A stretch of 64,000 nt of DNA. It comes from Candidatus Multivorans sp. Lineage in GTDB: Bacteria; Acidobacteriota; Thermoanaerobaculia; Multivoradales; Multivoraceae. A model generated the notes under the pieces. The model was not told the DNA's origin. It saw only the letters and a program-made list of their open reading frames with translations, and searched no databases. Shown here piece after piece: positions 53,835-62,234 of this stretch. The first letter of the stretch is position 1, and every line of letters begins with the position of its first letter. The translations under genes were made by a program, and so were the position numbers. Location of the stretch: contig OZ245033.1 of assembly GCA_965224025.1 (NCBI GenBank), positions 1,600,001-1,664,000 of the forward strand. The letters are read 5' to 3'.

Positions 53835-54851
53835 ATGAAGGTCGCGTGCACCACCGCCGATGGCAACCTGGAACTCGCCGAGGCGCCGGAGCCGGCGACC
53901 AAGGGCGGCGAGGCGCTGATCGAACTCCTCTACTGCGGCCTCTGCGGCACGGACCTCTACAAGCTGGCCGACGGCGGGCGAACTGCGGGAGAGGTACTGG
54001 GTCACGAAGTCGTCGGCCGGGTGATCGACAGCCGCGACGACTCGCTCGAACCCGGCGACCGGGTCGTGGTCCCGCACCATGCCCCGTGCGGCGACTGCCG
54101 GCTGTGCCGGGGCGGGGCCGAGACGATGTGCCCCCGGTTCGCCGAGAACCTGCTCGATCCCGGCGGTTTCAGCGAACGGATCCGGCTGCGGGCCCGGGCG
54201 GTCGAACGCACCGTCCGGCGACTCGACGACCAGCTTCCCGACGACGCCGCGGTGTTCGTCGAACCGGCGGCCTGCGTGCTGCGCGGGATCGACCGCGCCG
54301 GGCTGCATAGGGAAGCGCCGGAAGTGGTCGTCATCGGCGCCGGATCGATGGGCCTGCTCCACCTGCTGGTGCTGCGCGCCGTGTTCCAGGAACCGCGGAT
54401 CGTCGTCGCCGAGCCGGACGCCAACCGCCGCAAGACGGCGCGGCGACTCGGCGCCGATGCCGCCGTCGCACCCGAGCGGATCGTCGATGTCTCGAGCGCT
54501 GGCAGGCCATCGGGCGGCGCCGACGCCGTCTTCGACACCGCCGGCGGACAGGCCGCGTTCGACCTGGCTCTCCAGGCCACCCGGCCGGGCGGACGGGTCG
54601 TGCTCTTCGCCCACGCCGGCCACGACGCGCGAGTCACGTTCGACATCAACGCGGTGTTCAGGTCCGAGCGCCAGGTCATCGGCGCCTACTCCGGTTCGCC
54701 CGCGGAGCAGATTCGCGTGCTCGACATGATGAGCCGGGGCGCGCTCGATCCGACGCCGCTGGTCACCCACCGCCTGCCGCTCGACAGAGCCGCCGAAGCG
54801 GTCGAGCTGTGCCGGCGGCGCGAAGCGCTCAAGGTACTGTTGCACCCTTGA
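53835..54851 (+). CDS. Zinc-dependent (MDR) dehydrogenase
   Basis: CGLCGTD, GHEVVG, CGDCRLC...C, GAGSMG; GAGGAG RBS. Confidence 0.9.
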   Translation: MKVACTTADGNLELAEAPEPATKGGEALIELLYCGLCGTDLYKLADGGRTAGEVLGHEVVGRVIDSRDDSLEPGDRVVVPHHAPCGDCRLCRGGAETMCPRFAENLLDPGGFSERIRLRARAVERTVRRLDDQLPDDAAVFVEPAACVLRGIDRAGLHREAPEVVVIGAGSMGLLHLLVLRAVFQEPRIVVAEPDANRRKTARRLGADAAVAPERIVDVSSAGRPSGGADAVFDTAGGQAAFDLALQATRPGGRVVLFAHAGHDARVTFDINAVFRSERQVIGAYSGSPAEQIRVLDMMSRGALDPTPLVTHRLPLDRAAEAVELCRRREALKVLLHP

Positions 54852-54877
54852 TTCGCTGCCTGCGCCCGAGTGGTTTC

Positions 54878-55921
54878 GTGATTCCAGAGCACCAGACGCA
54901 GGCGTTCCTGGTCGGACCAGGCGACGTGGAGCTGAGGCAAATGCCCATGCCGGAGCCCGGTCCGGGCGAACTCCTGATCCGGGTCGACGCCGCCACCACC
55001 TGCGGAACGGACGTGAAGGTGTTCCGCCGCGGCGGTCACCCGACGATGCTGACTCTGCCGGCGCCGTTCGGCCACGAGGTCACCGGCACCGTCGTCCGTG
55101 CCGCCGCCGGGACAGCACAGACGGAGGGCGACGCCGTGGTGGTCGGCAACAGCGCCGCCTGCGGCCAGTGCCAGCCATGCCGCCACGAGCGCGAGAATCT
55201 CTGCCGCGAGCTCGTCTACCTGAACGGGGCCTTCGCCGACTACCTGCTGGTACCGGCCGTGGTCGCGGAGCGCAGCGTCTACGCACGACCGCCCGGCCTG
55301 GAACCGGTCATCGCGGCGCTGGCCGAGCCGCTGGCCTGCGCCGTCCACTGTCTCGAACGCTCGCTCGCCGACTGGAGCGGTCCGCCGACCGAGGCGCGCG
55401 CGCTGATCATTGGTTGCGGCCCTCTCGGGCTCATGCTGATCGATCTGTTCCACAGCGTTCGAACGCACGTCTGTGTACTGGACCCCCATCCGCATCGGCT
55501 CGCGGTGGCCGAGACCTTCGGCGCCGCCGAGACGCACTGCGGGCGCGCCGGCGACGACGGCGCCCTGGCGGGCGAACTGTTCGACTTCACCGTCGATGCC
55601 ACGGGCAGTCCCGCCGGCTGGCGCCAAGCCGTTTCCTGTCTTGCTCCGGGCGGCGTGGCGGCACTCTTCGGGGGTTGCCGGCCCGGCGCGACCCTGAAGA
55701 TCGACGCGGAGGCGGTCCACTACCAGGAACAGACCCTGCTCGGCGTCTACCACTACCGGCCGGCATCGTTCCGCGCCGCGCTCGACCGGCTGATCGGTGC
55801 ATCGGAACGCTATGCCCGACTGATCGAAGCGGAGTTGCCGCTAGATCGCCTCACCGATGCGCTCGATCTGATGATCTCCCGCCGCGCGCTCAAGGTGGCG
55901 ATCCGGCCGCATCCGGACTAG
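54878..55921 (+). CDS. Zinc-dependent (MDR) dehydrogenase
   Basis: TCGTD, FGHEVTG, CGQCQPC...C, EPLAC, GCGPLG; start approximate. Confidence 0.88.
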   Translation: MIPEHQTQAFLVGPGDVELRQMPMPEPGPGELLIRVDAATTCGTDVKVFRRGGHPTMLTLPAPFGHEVTGTVVRAAAGTAQTEGDAVVVGNSAACGQCQPCRHERENLCRELVYLNGAFADYLLVPAVVAERSVYARPPGLEPVIAALAEPLACAVHCLERSLADWSGPPTEARALIIGCGPLGLMLIDLFHSVRTHVCVLDPHPHRLAVAETFGAAETHCGRAGDDGALAGELFDFTVDATGSPAGWRQAVSCLAPGGVAALFGGCRPGATLKIDAEAVHYQEQTLLGVYHYRPASFRAALDRLIGASERYARLIEAELPLDRLTDALDLMISRRALKVAIRPHPD

Positions 55922-56058
55922 GTGCTCACGCGGCGGAAACTGGGTGCGCGGGCCTTCCGGCCGGCATCCGGCGCGAAGCGCCGGCCCTCGGGAGTTCTGC
56001 CACGCCCGCCGTATACTGCGCGCCCGCGGCCTTGGTGCCGCGATGAATCGAGCACATC

Positions 56059-57246
56059 ATGTCCACAGCCGCCGAGCATGACCTGCAGCCCGATCTCGAG
56101 GCGATACGCCGGGAACTGGAGCAGATTGACCGGGACCTGCTGAGCGGTTTCCGGCGACGCGTCGAGTTGTCGCGGGAAGTCGCCGGCGCCAAGATCGCCG
56201 CCGCTTTCCCGTTCCGCGACCAGTTGCGCGAGGAGCAGTTGCTGACCCGAGTGCGCACGATCGCCGCCGAACTCGACCTCGACCCGCACCAGACGGAACG
56301 GATCTTCCGCCTGCTGATCGAGATGTCGATCGCGGCGCAGCAGGGCTACATCCGCGATCTCGACAAGGCGCCGCTGCGAGTCGCCTACCAGGGCGTCGAG
56401 GGCTCCTTCAGCCATCTCACGGCTCAGCGGCAGTACGCCGGCCGCCCCGGCGGCGTTGTGCTGCGCGGCTACGAGCTGTTCCGGGAGGCCGCCGAAGGCG
56501 TCCTCAGCGGGCGCCACGACATCGCCCTGCTGCCGATCGAGAACAGCACCGCGGGCAGCATCAACGAGACCTACGACCTGCTGGCGGAAGGCGGCCTCGT
56601 GATCACGGCTGAAGTGATCAGCCAGGTCGCGCACTGCCTGTTGGCCCTGACCGGCACGAAGATCGAGGATCTGCGCGTCGTGCTCTCCCATCCGCAGGCG
56701 CTCCGTCAATGCGACCAGTTCTTCCGCGACCGCAACTGGCTGCGAGCCCAACCGGAATTCGACACCGCCGGCGCTGCCGCCCGCGTTCGCGAAGGCAATG
56801 ACCCCAGCGTCGGCGCCATCGCCAGCGAGCCCGCAGCCCGCGTCTTCGGCCTCGAGATTCTCGCCTACGGCATCCAGAACCAGGCCGGCAACTTCACCCG
56901 CTTCGTGGAGGTCGCTCGCGAGGCCGCGCCCTGCCCTCCGGAACAGCCGTGCAAGACCTCTCTGCTGCTTGCCACCGGAAACCACCCCGGCGACCTGGGC
57001 GAGGTCCTGCGCAGCTTCTCCCGCCGCGGATTGAACCTGACCAAGCTCGAATCGAGGCCGATCCCGGCCACGCCCTGGCGTTATCGCTTCTACCTCGACA
57101 TCGAAGGACACGTCGCCTCCGCACCGGTCACCGAGGCGCTGCAAGCGGTCGAAGCGAAGACGTCCGAACTCCGCATTCTGGGTACCTATCCTCGGGCCGA
57201 GCTGCCGGGCGCACCCGTCGACGAGGGCGGCGCGGTCGACGACTGA
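56059..57246 (+). CDS. pheA: Bifunctional chorismate mutase/prephenate dehydratase
   Basis: N-terminal AroQ helix (IRRELEQIDRDLL), VAYQG, PIENSTAG, SHPQALRQC, NFTRF, NLTKLESRP. Confidence 0.95.
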   Translation: MSTAAEHDLQPDLEAIRRELEQIDRDLLSGFRRRVELSREVAGAKIAAAFPFRDQLREEQLLTRVRTIAAELDLDPHQTERIFRLLIEMSIAAQQGYIRDLDKAPLRVAYQGVEGSFSHLTAQRQYAGRPGGVVLRGYELFREAAEGVLSGRHDIALLPIENSTAGSINETYDLLAEGGLVITAEVISQVAHCLLALTGTKIEDLRVVLSHPQALRQCDQFFRDRNWLRAQPEFDTAGAAARVREGNDPSVGAIASEPAARVFGLEILAYGIQNQAGNFTRFVEVAREAAPCPPEQPCKTSLLLATGNHPGDLGEVLRSFSRRGLNLTKLESRPIPATPWRYRFYLDIEGHVASAPVTEALQAVEAKTSELRILGTYPRAELPGAPVDEGGAVDD

Positions 57247-57254
57247 AGCCCGCC

Positions 57255-58466
57255 ATGCCACAGCGCGCCGACGTCGTCTGCATCGGAGCCGGGATCATCG
57301 GCTTGGCCACCGCTCGCAGCCTCTCCCGCCGATACCGACAGCTCGACATCCTCGTGGTCGAGGCCGAACCCCGGCCCGCCGTCCACCAGACCGGACACAA
57401 CAGCGGCGTCATCCATTCCGGCCTCTACTACAAGCCCGGCTCGCTCAAGGCGCAGAACTGCGTCGCCGGGCGCCGGCGGCTGATCGAGTTCTGCGACCGT
57501 CGCGACATCCCCTACGAGATCTGCGGCAAGCTCGTCATCGCGACCGACGGGAGCGAGGCGCCCCGTCTCGACGAGCTGGAGCGGCGCGGCCGAGCGAACG
57601 GCCTTGCCGGCCTGGAGCGGTTGCCGCCCGAGCGGATCCCGGAGTTCGAACCGCACGCGACCGGAGTCGACGCGCTCTGGGTTCCCGAGACCGGCATCGT
57701 CGACTACAAGGCCGTGGCGAACGCCTACGCCGCCGAATTGGAGGACGCCGGGGTCCCGCTCCACCTCCGGACCCGGGTCACCGGCATCCGGCCACGGCCC
57801 GACGGCGTCGTCGTCGAGACCACGGCCGGCGACTTCGAGGCTGGCCATGCGATCAACTGCGCCGGCCTCCAGTCGGACCGCGTGGCGCGCACGGCGGGGC
57901 TCGACCCCGACGTGCGCATCGTCCCCTTCCGCGGCGAGTACTTGCGACTAGCGCCCGAACGCCGGCATCTGCTGCGGGGATTGATCTACCCCGTCCCCGA
58001 TCCACGCTTCCCCTTCCTCGGCGTGCACCTGACCCGCCGCGTCGACGGCTCGGTCGAGGCCGGCCCGAACGCGGTGCTGGCGCTCAAACGCGAGGGCTAC
58101 GACCGCGGCAGCTTCGACGCCCGCGACACCTGGAGCAGTCTCAGCTACCCGGGCTTCTGGAGAATGTCGCTGCGCTACTGGAAGGTCGGCCTCGGCGAGA
58201 TGGCCCGCTCCGGCAGCCGCGCACGCTTCGCGCGCGACCTCCGTCGCTTCGTGCCCGATCTCAGCGACTCCGACCTGATGCCCGGCGGTGCCGGCATCCG
58301 CGCCCAGGCGCTGGACCGCCGGGGCAATCTGGTGGACGACTTCGCGATCGAAACGAGCCCCCGAATGCTCCACGTCCTGAACGCGCCGTCACCCGGCGCC
58401 ACCGCCTCGCTCGCGATCGGCGACACGCTCGCAGATCGGGCGGCAGAGACGTTCGGGCTTGAGTGA
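57255..58466 (+). CDS. lhgO: L-2-hydroxyglutarate oxidase
   Basis: GAGIIG, HQTGHNSGVIHSGLYYKPGSLKA, PFRGEY, PFLGVH, NAPSPGAT. Confidence 0.92.
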   Translation: MPQRADVVCIGAGIIGLATARSLSRRYRQLDILVVEAEPRPAVHQTGHNSGVIHSGLYYKPGSLKAQNCVAGRRRLIEFCDRRDIPYEICGKLVIATDGSEAPRLDELERRGRANGLAGLERLPPERIPEFEPHATGVDALWVPETGIVDYKAVANAYAAELEDAGVPLHLRTRVTGIRPRPDGVVVETTAGDFEAGHAINCAGLQSDRVARTAGLDPDVRIVPFRGEYLRLAPERRHLLRGLIYPVPDPRFPFLGVHLTRRVDGSVEAGPNAVLALKREGYDRGSFDARDTWSSLSYPGFWRMSLRYWKVGLGEMARSGSRARFARDLRRFVPDLSDSDLMPGGAGIRAQALDRRGNLVDDFAIETSPRMLHVLNAPSPGATASLAIGDTLADRAAETFGLE

Positions 58467-58502
58467 AGAAGAGATGCAGAGCTGCGGAAGTCCCGGCCAT
58501 CC

Positions 58503-59063
58503 CTACTTGGCGTCAAGGCCAAAGGCCTTGTCGATGAGAGGCGAGAGCTCGCACCATGCCTTGAGGAGCTCGTCGATCAGGACCTGCCTGTACTCACGCA
58601 ACTTGTCGGCTTCCCAGTACCGTTCCGGTCGTCCGCCCCTGACATCGATGTCCCTGAAGCGCCACATCCGGCTCTTCTTCGGATACAACTCCTTGCAACC
58701 CTCAAAGAGCTCGCCGTACTTTTCCTGATTCGCTCTGACGCCGCAGTAAGGCCCCGGACCCGAACCGAACCCGGTGTCTCGTTTGTGCCACTGAAGCCGA
58801 ACGTCGGGATCATCGTCGTCCTCGGGCCAACTGTGGCGCCGCAGACCGATCGTCGGCCAGCTCTTGTCACCGCCGTCGTCTTCGATGAATGACTTCACGT
58901 CATTCATCCGTCGTGCCTTGAGTGCACATCGCAGCGACTCCCGGAGGCTGCGATAGAACTTGTCTGCAAGTTCGTGGGCTTCTCTCTTGATGCCCGCCCA
59001 TTCTTCGATCTGTTCTTCGTGTTCCAGGTAGAATTTGATCCGTTCATCCTTGATCCGGTTCAT
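58503..59063 (-). CDS. Hypothetical protein, coupled to the PD-(D/E)XK gene
   Basis: ATGA overlap; charged, Trp-rich, visibly more AT-rich codons than neighbours. Confidence 0.75.
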   Translation of the reverse strand: MNRIKDERIKFYLEHEEQIEEWAGIKREAHELADKFYRSLRESLRCALKARRMNDVKSFIEDDGGDKSWPTIGLRRHSWPEDDDDPDVRLQWHKRDTGFGSGPGPYCGVRANQEKYGELFEGCKELYPKKSRMWRFRDIDVRGGRPERYWEADKLREYRQVLIDELLKAWCELSPLIDKAFGLDAK

Positions 59064-59722
59064 CCGAACTGCTCCTTCAACGTAGACAAGTAGTTCTCGA
59101 CAGCTCCGACAGGTGCATCTGAAGCGACGCGCTCGACGATCTGGCGAACCTGGCGCCAGGACAGTGTCGTGAACGCCTCTCGAGCTTCGGCGCTGTATGC
59201 GGTCTGCGGTTTGCGGCCATCCGGAGTCAGGAACAGGAAGAGCGGCCCCTCCTCACGTTGGAAGTTCTTGTACAGATCCTCACACTGAGACGGTTGCTCC
59301 TCCGCATCGACCTTGATTTCGATCACGAGGGTGAATCTCCTGCCCCGGGCGACGACGTCGGCTTCCCGTGCTTTTCCCCGGTAGCTCGCATCCACACGCT
59401 TGACGGCAAACGCGTCGCCACCGGAGTCGCCGCCGCAACATGCGACCAAGGACCCAATGACCGCCGTACCGAGCTCGTGCCGACCCATCGGATCGAGGAG
59501 CCACCTCAACATGTACGTATGGGCCAACTCGTCCCGCTCCCTGCGCATGATCGCCATCAGGTCAGAAGGGCCAGACAACCACTTCCCCTCTCGAACGAGG
59601 CGCTGTTGATGCGCCCTCATCCTCCTCATGGTTCGAATCCAGTCCTCGACGCGCGCGGACTCGATCCGCTTCCACTGGCACCGCATCCCCCGAAACCGTT
59701 CGACGTGTGAAGAAGTCGTCAT
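59060..59722 (-). CDS. PD-(D/E)XK nuclease family protein (PDDEXK_4-like)
   Basis: ELAHTYMLRWLLDP..HELG, READV, LVIEIKV..EQ..Q, FLTPDG. Confidence 0.82.
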   Translation of the reverse strand: MTTSSHVERFRGMRCQWKRIESARVEDWIRTMRRMRAHQQRLVREGKWLSGPSDLMAIMRRERDELAHTYMLRWLLDPMGRHELGTAVIGSLVACCGGDSGGDAFAVKRVDASYRGKAREADVVARGRRFTLVIEIKVDAEEQPSQCEDLYKNFQREEGPLFLFLTPDGRKPQTAYSAEAREAFTTLSWRQVRQIVERVASDAPVGAVENYLSTLKEQFG

Positions 59723-59839
59723 GCCCGTCTCGGCCGCAAACTGGAACTCAGTTCGACGCCGCGGGCCCAAAGGCGCTCGGAGTGCTCGACATGATAAACA
59801 CCACAGATCCTAGAACAATGGAGCTGCGCGAGACCGCCG

Positions 59840-60523
59840 ATGAACTCCACCCCAGCCACGCAAACCAGCATCCAGGCCTCCGACGGCCAGCCCGTCAGCG
59901 CGATCCTGCTCGAGCCCGACGGCGCACGCTGTCTGCTCGTCTTCGCCCATGGCGCCGGCGCGGGCATGCGCCACGCAACGATGGAAACCTTCTCCCACGG
60001 CGTGGCGGATCTTGGAATCGCTACGTTCCGATTTCAGTTTCCCTATACCGAGAAGGGCAGCCGCCGTCCGGACCCGCGGCCTGTGCTGCAGCGATCCGTC
60101 CGGGCGGCGGTGGCCCAAGCCAAAGCCCTGCGGCCCGACTTGCCGCTCCTCGCAGGCGGCCGGTCGATGGGTGGCCGAATGGCCTCGGGCGCCGAGGCCA
60201 GCGAAGCACTCGACGTCGACGGCTTCGTCTTTCATGCCTTTCCGCTGCACCCGCCAAGCAAACCCGGAACATCGCGCGCCGACCACCTCGACGAGGTCGC
60301 CAAGCCGATGCTCTTCCTGAACGGCACCCGGGATCGGCTCGCAGACCGCGATCTGCTGGCCGGCGTCTGTGATCGGCTCGGTGCACGCGCCACGCTCCAC
60401 CAAGTCGAGGGCGGCGACCACAGCCTGCAAGTGCTGAAGCGGTCCGGTCGCAGGCAGGAGGACGTGGATCGGGAAGTGGCCGAGGCGGTCAGCGGGTGGT
60501 GCCGGGAAGTGCTCGGGCTCTAG
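59840..60523 (+). CDS. Alpha/beta hydrolase (KANL3/Tex30-like)
   Basis: AHGAGAGM, GGRSMGGR, FPLHPP, GTRD, GDHS. Confidence 0.88.
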   Translation: MNSTPATQTSIQASDGQPVSAILLEPDGARCLLVFAHGAGAGMRHATMETFSHGVADLGIATFRFQFPYTEKGSRRPDPRPVLQRSVRAAVAQAKALRPDLPLLAGGRSMGGRMASGAEASEALDVDGFVFHAFPLHPPSKPGTSRADHLDEVAKPMLFLNGTRDRLADRDLLAGVCDRLGARATLHQVEGGDHSLQVLKRSGRRQEDVDREVAEAVSGWCREVLGL

Positions 60524-60552
60524 GGCGCTCTGGACAGCGGATGTGCGGCCTC

Positions 60553-60681
60553 TCAGCACGCCGATTCGAGGACGAACCGCGCACTTTCCAGGCGAAGCAT
60601 CTGAAACGGAGTCATGAAGTCGAAGCCATAGTGGAGGTTCTGCGCCGCAATCATGACGTTCGCGTCCAGGAGATAGCCCAT
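60553..60681 (-). pseudogene. DUF4411 (PIN-like) gene reduced to fused N- and C-termini, 42 aa
   Basis: Hand translation MGYLLDANVMIAAQNLHYGFDF|MTPFQMLRLESARFVLESAC*; TGATG overlap with the ImmA gene; not in the ORF track. Confidence 0.75.
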
Positions 60682-61844
60682 CAGTAGCCAACCCCCAGCG
60701 TGCGGCCGAGCTCGTTGAAGGTCTCCATCTTCTTCACGCCGAGCATCCCGAACGCCTCGGTAAACCCCGTTCGACCTTCGAGGGTGCTCTCCACCAGTGC
60801 CCGGGCAAAGCGTTTGCTGACCCGTGCGCCCAACGTCAAGTAGAAGTTCCCACCGCTACCCTTCGACAGGCCACGCAAGCGGGCGAGCTCGTCGTCACAG
60901 GCGGCCCACAGCTCTTCACGGGAGAGGGCTCCGGCATCGTGGATGCGCCTCAGAACCACCAACGTGCTGACCTTGAAGCGGCGAGCGAGGCGACTCACCT
61001 CGCCGTCGAGACCCGCATGGACATCGAGTTCCCTGCGGAGGACTTGGAGCGGCACCAGAAGCTCCGCCGCTACTCGATTGCACCACCGCTCGGTTTCCTC
61101 GTCGGGCACCGCAGGGATCCGTGCATCGGACGCCGCGGACTGGCCCAGCCAGATGTGGGCGATCTCATGTGCCAGAGTGAACATCTGGGCGGCCTTGGTG
61201 CCCGCTCAGTTGACGAAGACGAGAGGCGCAAGCGGGTCAGCGAGCGCGAAACCTCGAAACTCCTCGGGATCAAGCGGTCGGCGGTTGTTGCTGCCGACCA
61301 CGCCACTGACCATGACGAGAACGCCTAGAACGTCCGCTTGCCCGATGAACCGCCGCAGTGCGTCCGTCCAGGCGCCGAACCGCTTCCGTTCTTCCAAGTC
61401 GAGGCCGAACGCTCGACGGATGACAGCCGCCGTCGCCACGACATCATCTCCAACGCGAGCCGACCCAACGAACGCGTGCGGCGTCTCATGCGCCATTCGG
61501 GCGTAGTCCCGATACCAACTCTGGCGCTGCTGACAGAGGTGAACCATGTCCAGCAGGTTGGGACCGACCCAGTTGAGCCTTCACCCCAGTGCGGAAGTCA
61601 GGAATCGGTACGGACTCGACCGGCGGCTCTCCAAGAACTCGACCGGCGGCTCTCCAAGAAACAGGTGGCCGAACGGCGCGTGTGTCGCCTTCGCGAAGTC
61701 CTCCAACTGCCCGAAGGTGGGCTGCACTTCGCCACGCTCCCATGCTTCAATCTTCGGAAGACGCCGCGACGGATCCCCCCTCGATCGACCGGCTCGCTCA
61801 CGAGCCCACCTCAGGAGATCGGGCTGTACGGGGACGCGCATCAT
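60681..61844 (-). pseudogene. XRE-HTH + ImmA/IrrE metallopeptidase, disrupted
   Basis: LLRWARERAG...WERGEVQPT; PIPDFRT; EFRGFAL; FTLAHEIAH (HExxH); broken by a 23-bp duplication, a second frameshift near 61560 and an in-frame TGA at 61206-61208. Confidence 0.88.
61614..61659 (+). repeat. Exact 23-bp tandem duplication
   Basis: ACTCGACCGGCGGCTCTCCAAGA twice (61614-61636, 61637-61659). Confidence 0.95.
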
Positions 61845-61850
61845 GGGTGA

Positions 61851-62177
61851 ACCTCAGGCTCCCTGCTGGTTGCGGGAATCGTCGCCGTCCTGGCGCTAGA
61901 GGGCAGCATCCGCTTCGGTGGCGCTCAGGAGGCCTTCTCACTGAGTTCCGTGACCGGCCCGCGGCGCGCCTGGCTCTTCTGCGGTCATCTCGTCGTCGCC
62001 TTCGCGACGTCCATCGCCTGGTTCACGCTGGTGGTCCTGTCCTGGCGGCGCTTCGCGCACACCCTGCCTGGCTCGTTCGGCGGGCCGCACCGGCGCACGG
62101 GAGCGCTGACCTTCGTCGGCCTGTTCTTGACCTCCGCCAGCGGCACCGCCTTGTACGTCGTCAGTTTCGCGCTCTGA
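61851..62177 (+). pseudogene. 5'-truncated DUF420-like membrane protein
   Basis: Open frame after TGA 61848 reads SLLVAGIVAVLALEGSIRFGG...GHLVVA...HRRTG...TSASGTALY; no start codon for the first TM segment. Confidence 0.55.
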
Positions 62178-62234
62178 AGGTCGGACGGGAGCCGGAGCAC
62201 CGGGCAGTGCTCCCCTCTATAATCCGGCCCCATC

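Noticed and set aside
52203-54845. 880-aa giant DEAD-box ORF
   Set aside because: The upstream ~420 codons are the antisense of the Zn-dehydrogenase and intergenic DNA; the promoter and SD point to ATG 53579
53835-55921. Tandem Zn-dehydrogenases as a novel pathway
   Set aside because: Paralogous MDR pairs are common and nothing nearby indicates a substrate
55939-55984. REP-like ACTGGGTGCGC shared with 5779-5789 (inverted), plus a small hairpin
   Set aside because: Only 11 identical bases in two places, too short to support a second repeat family from this window alone
61206-61208. In-frame TGA as selenocysteine or recoding
   Set aside because: The position looks like GGA-to-TGA in a gene that already has two frameshifts; TGA is a normal stop throughout the window
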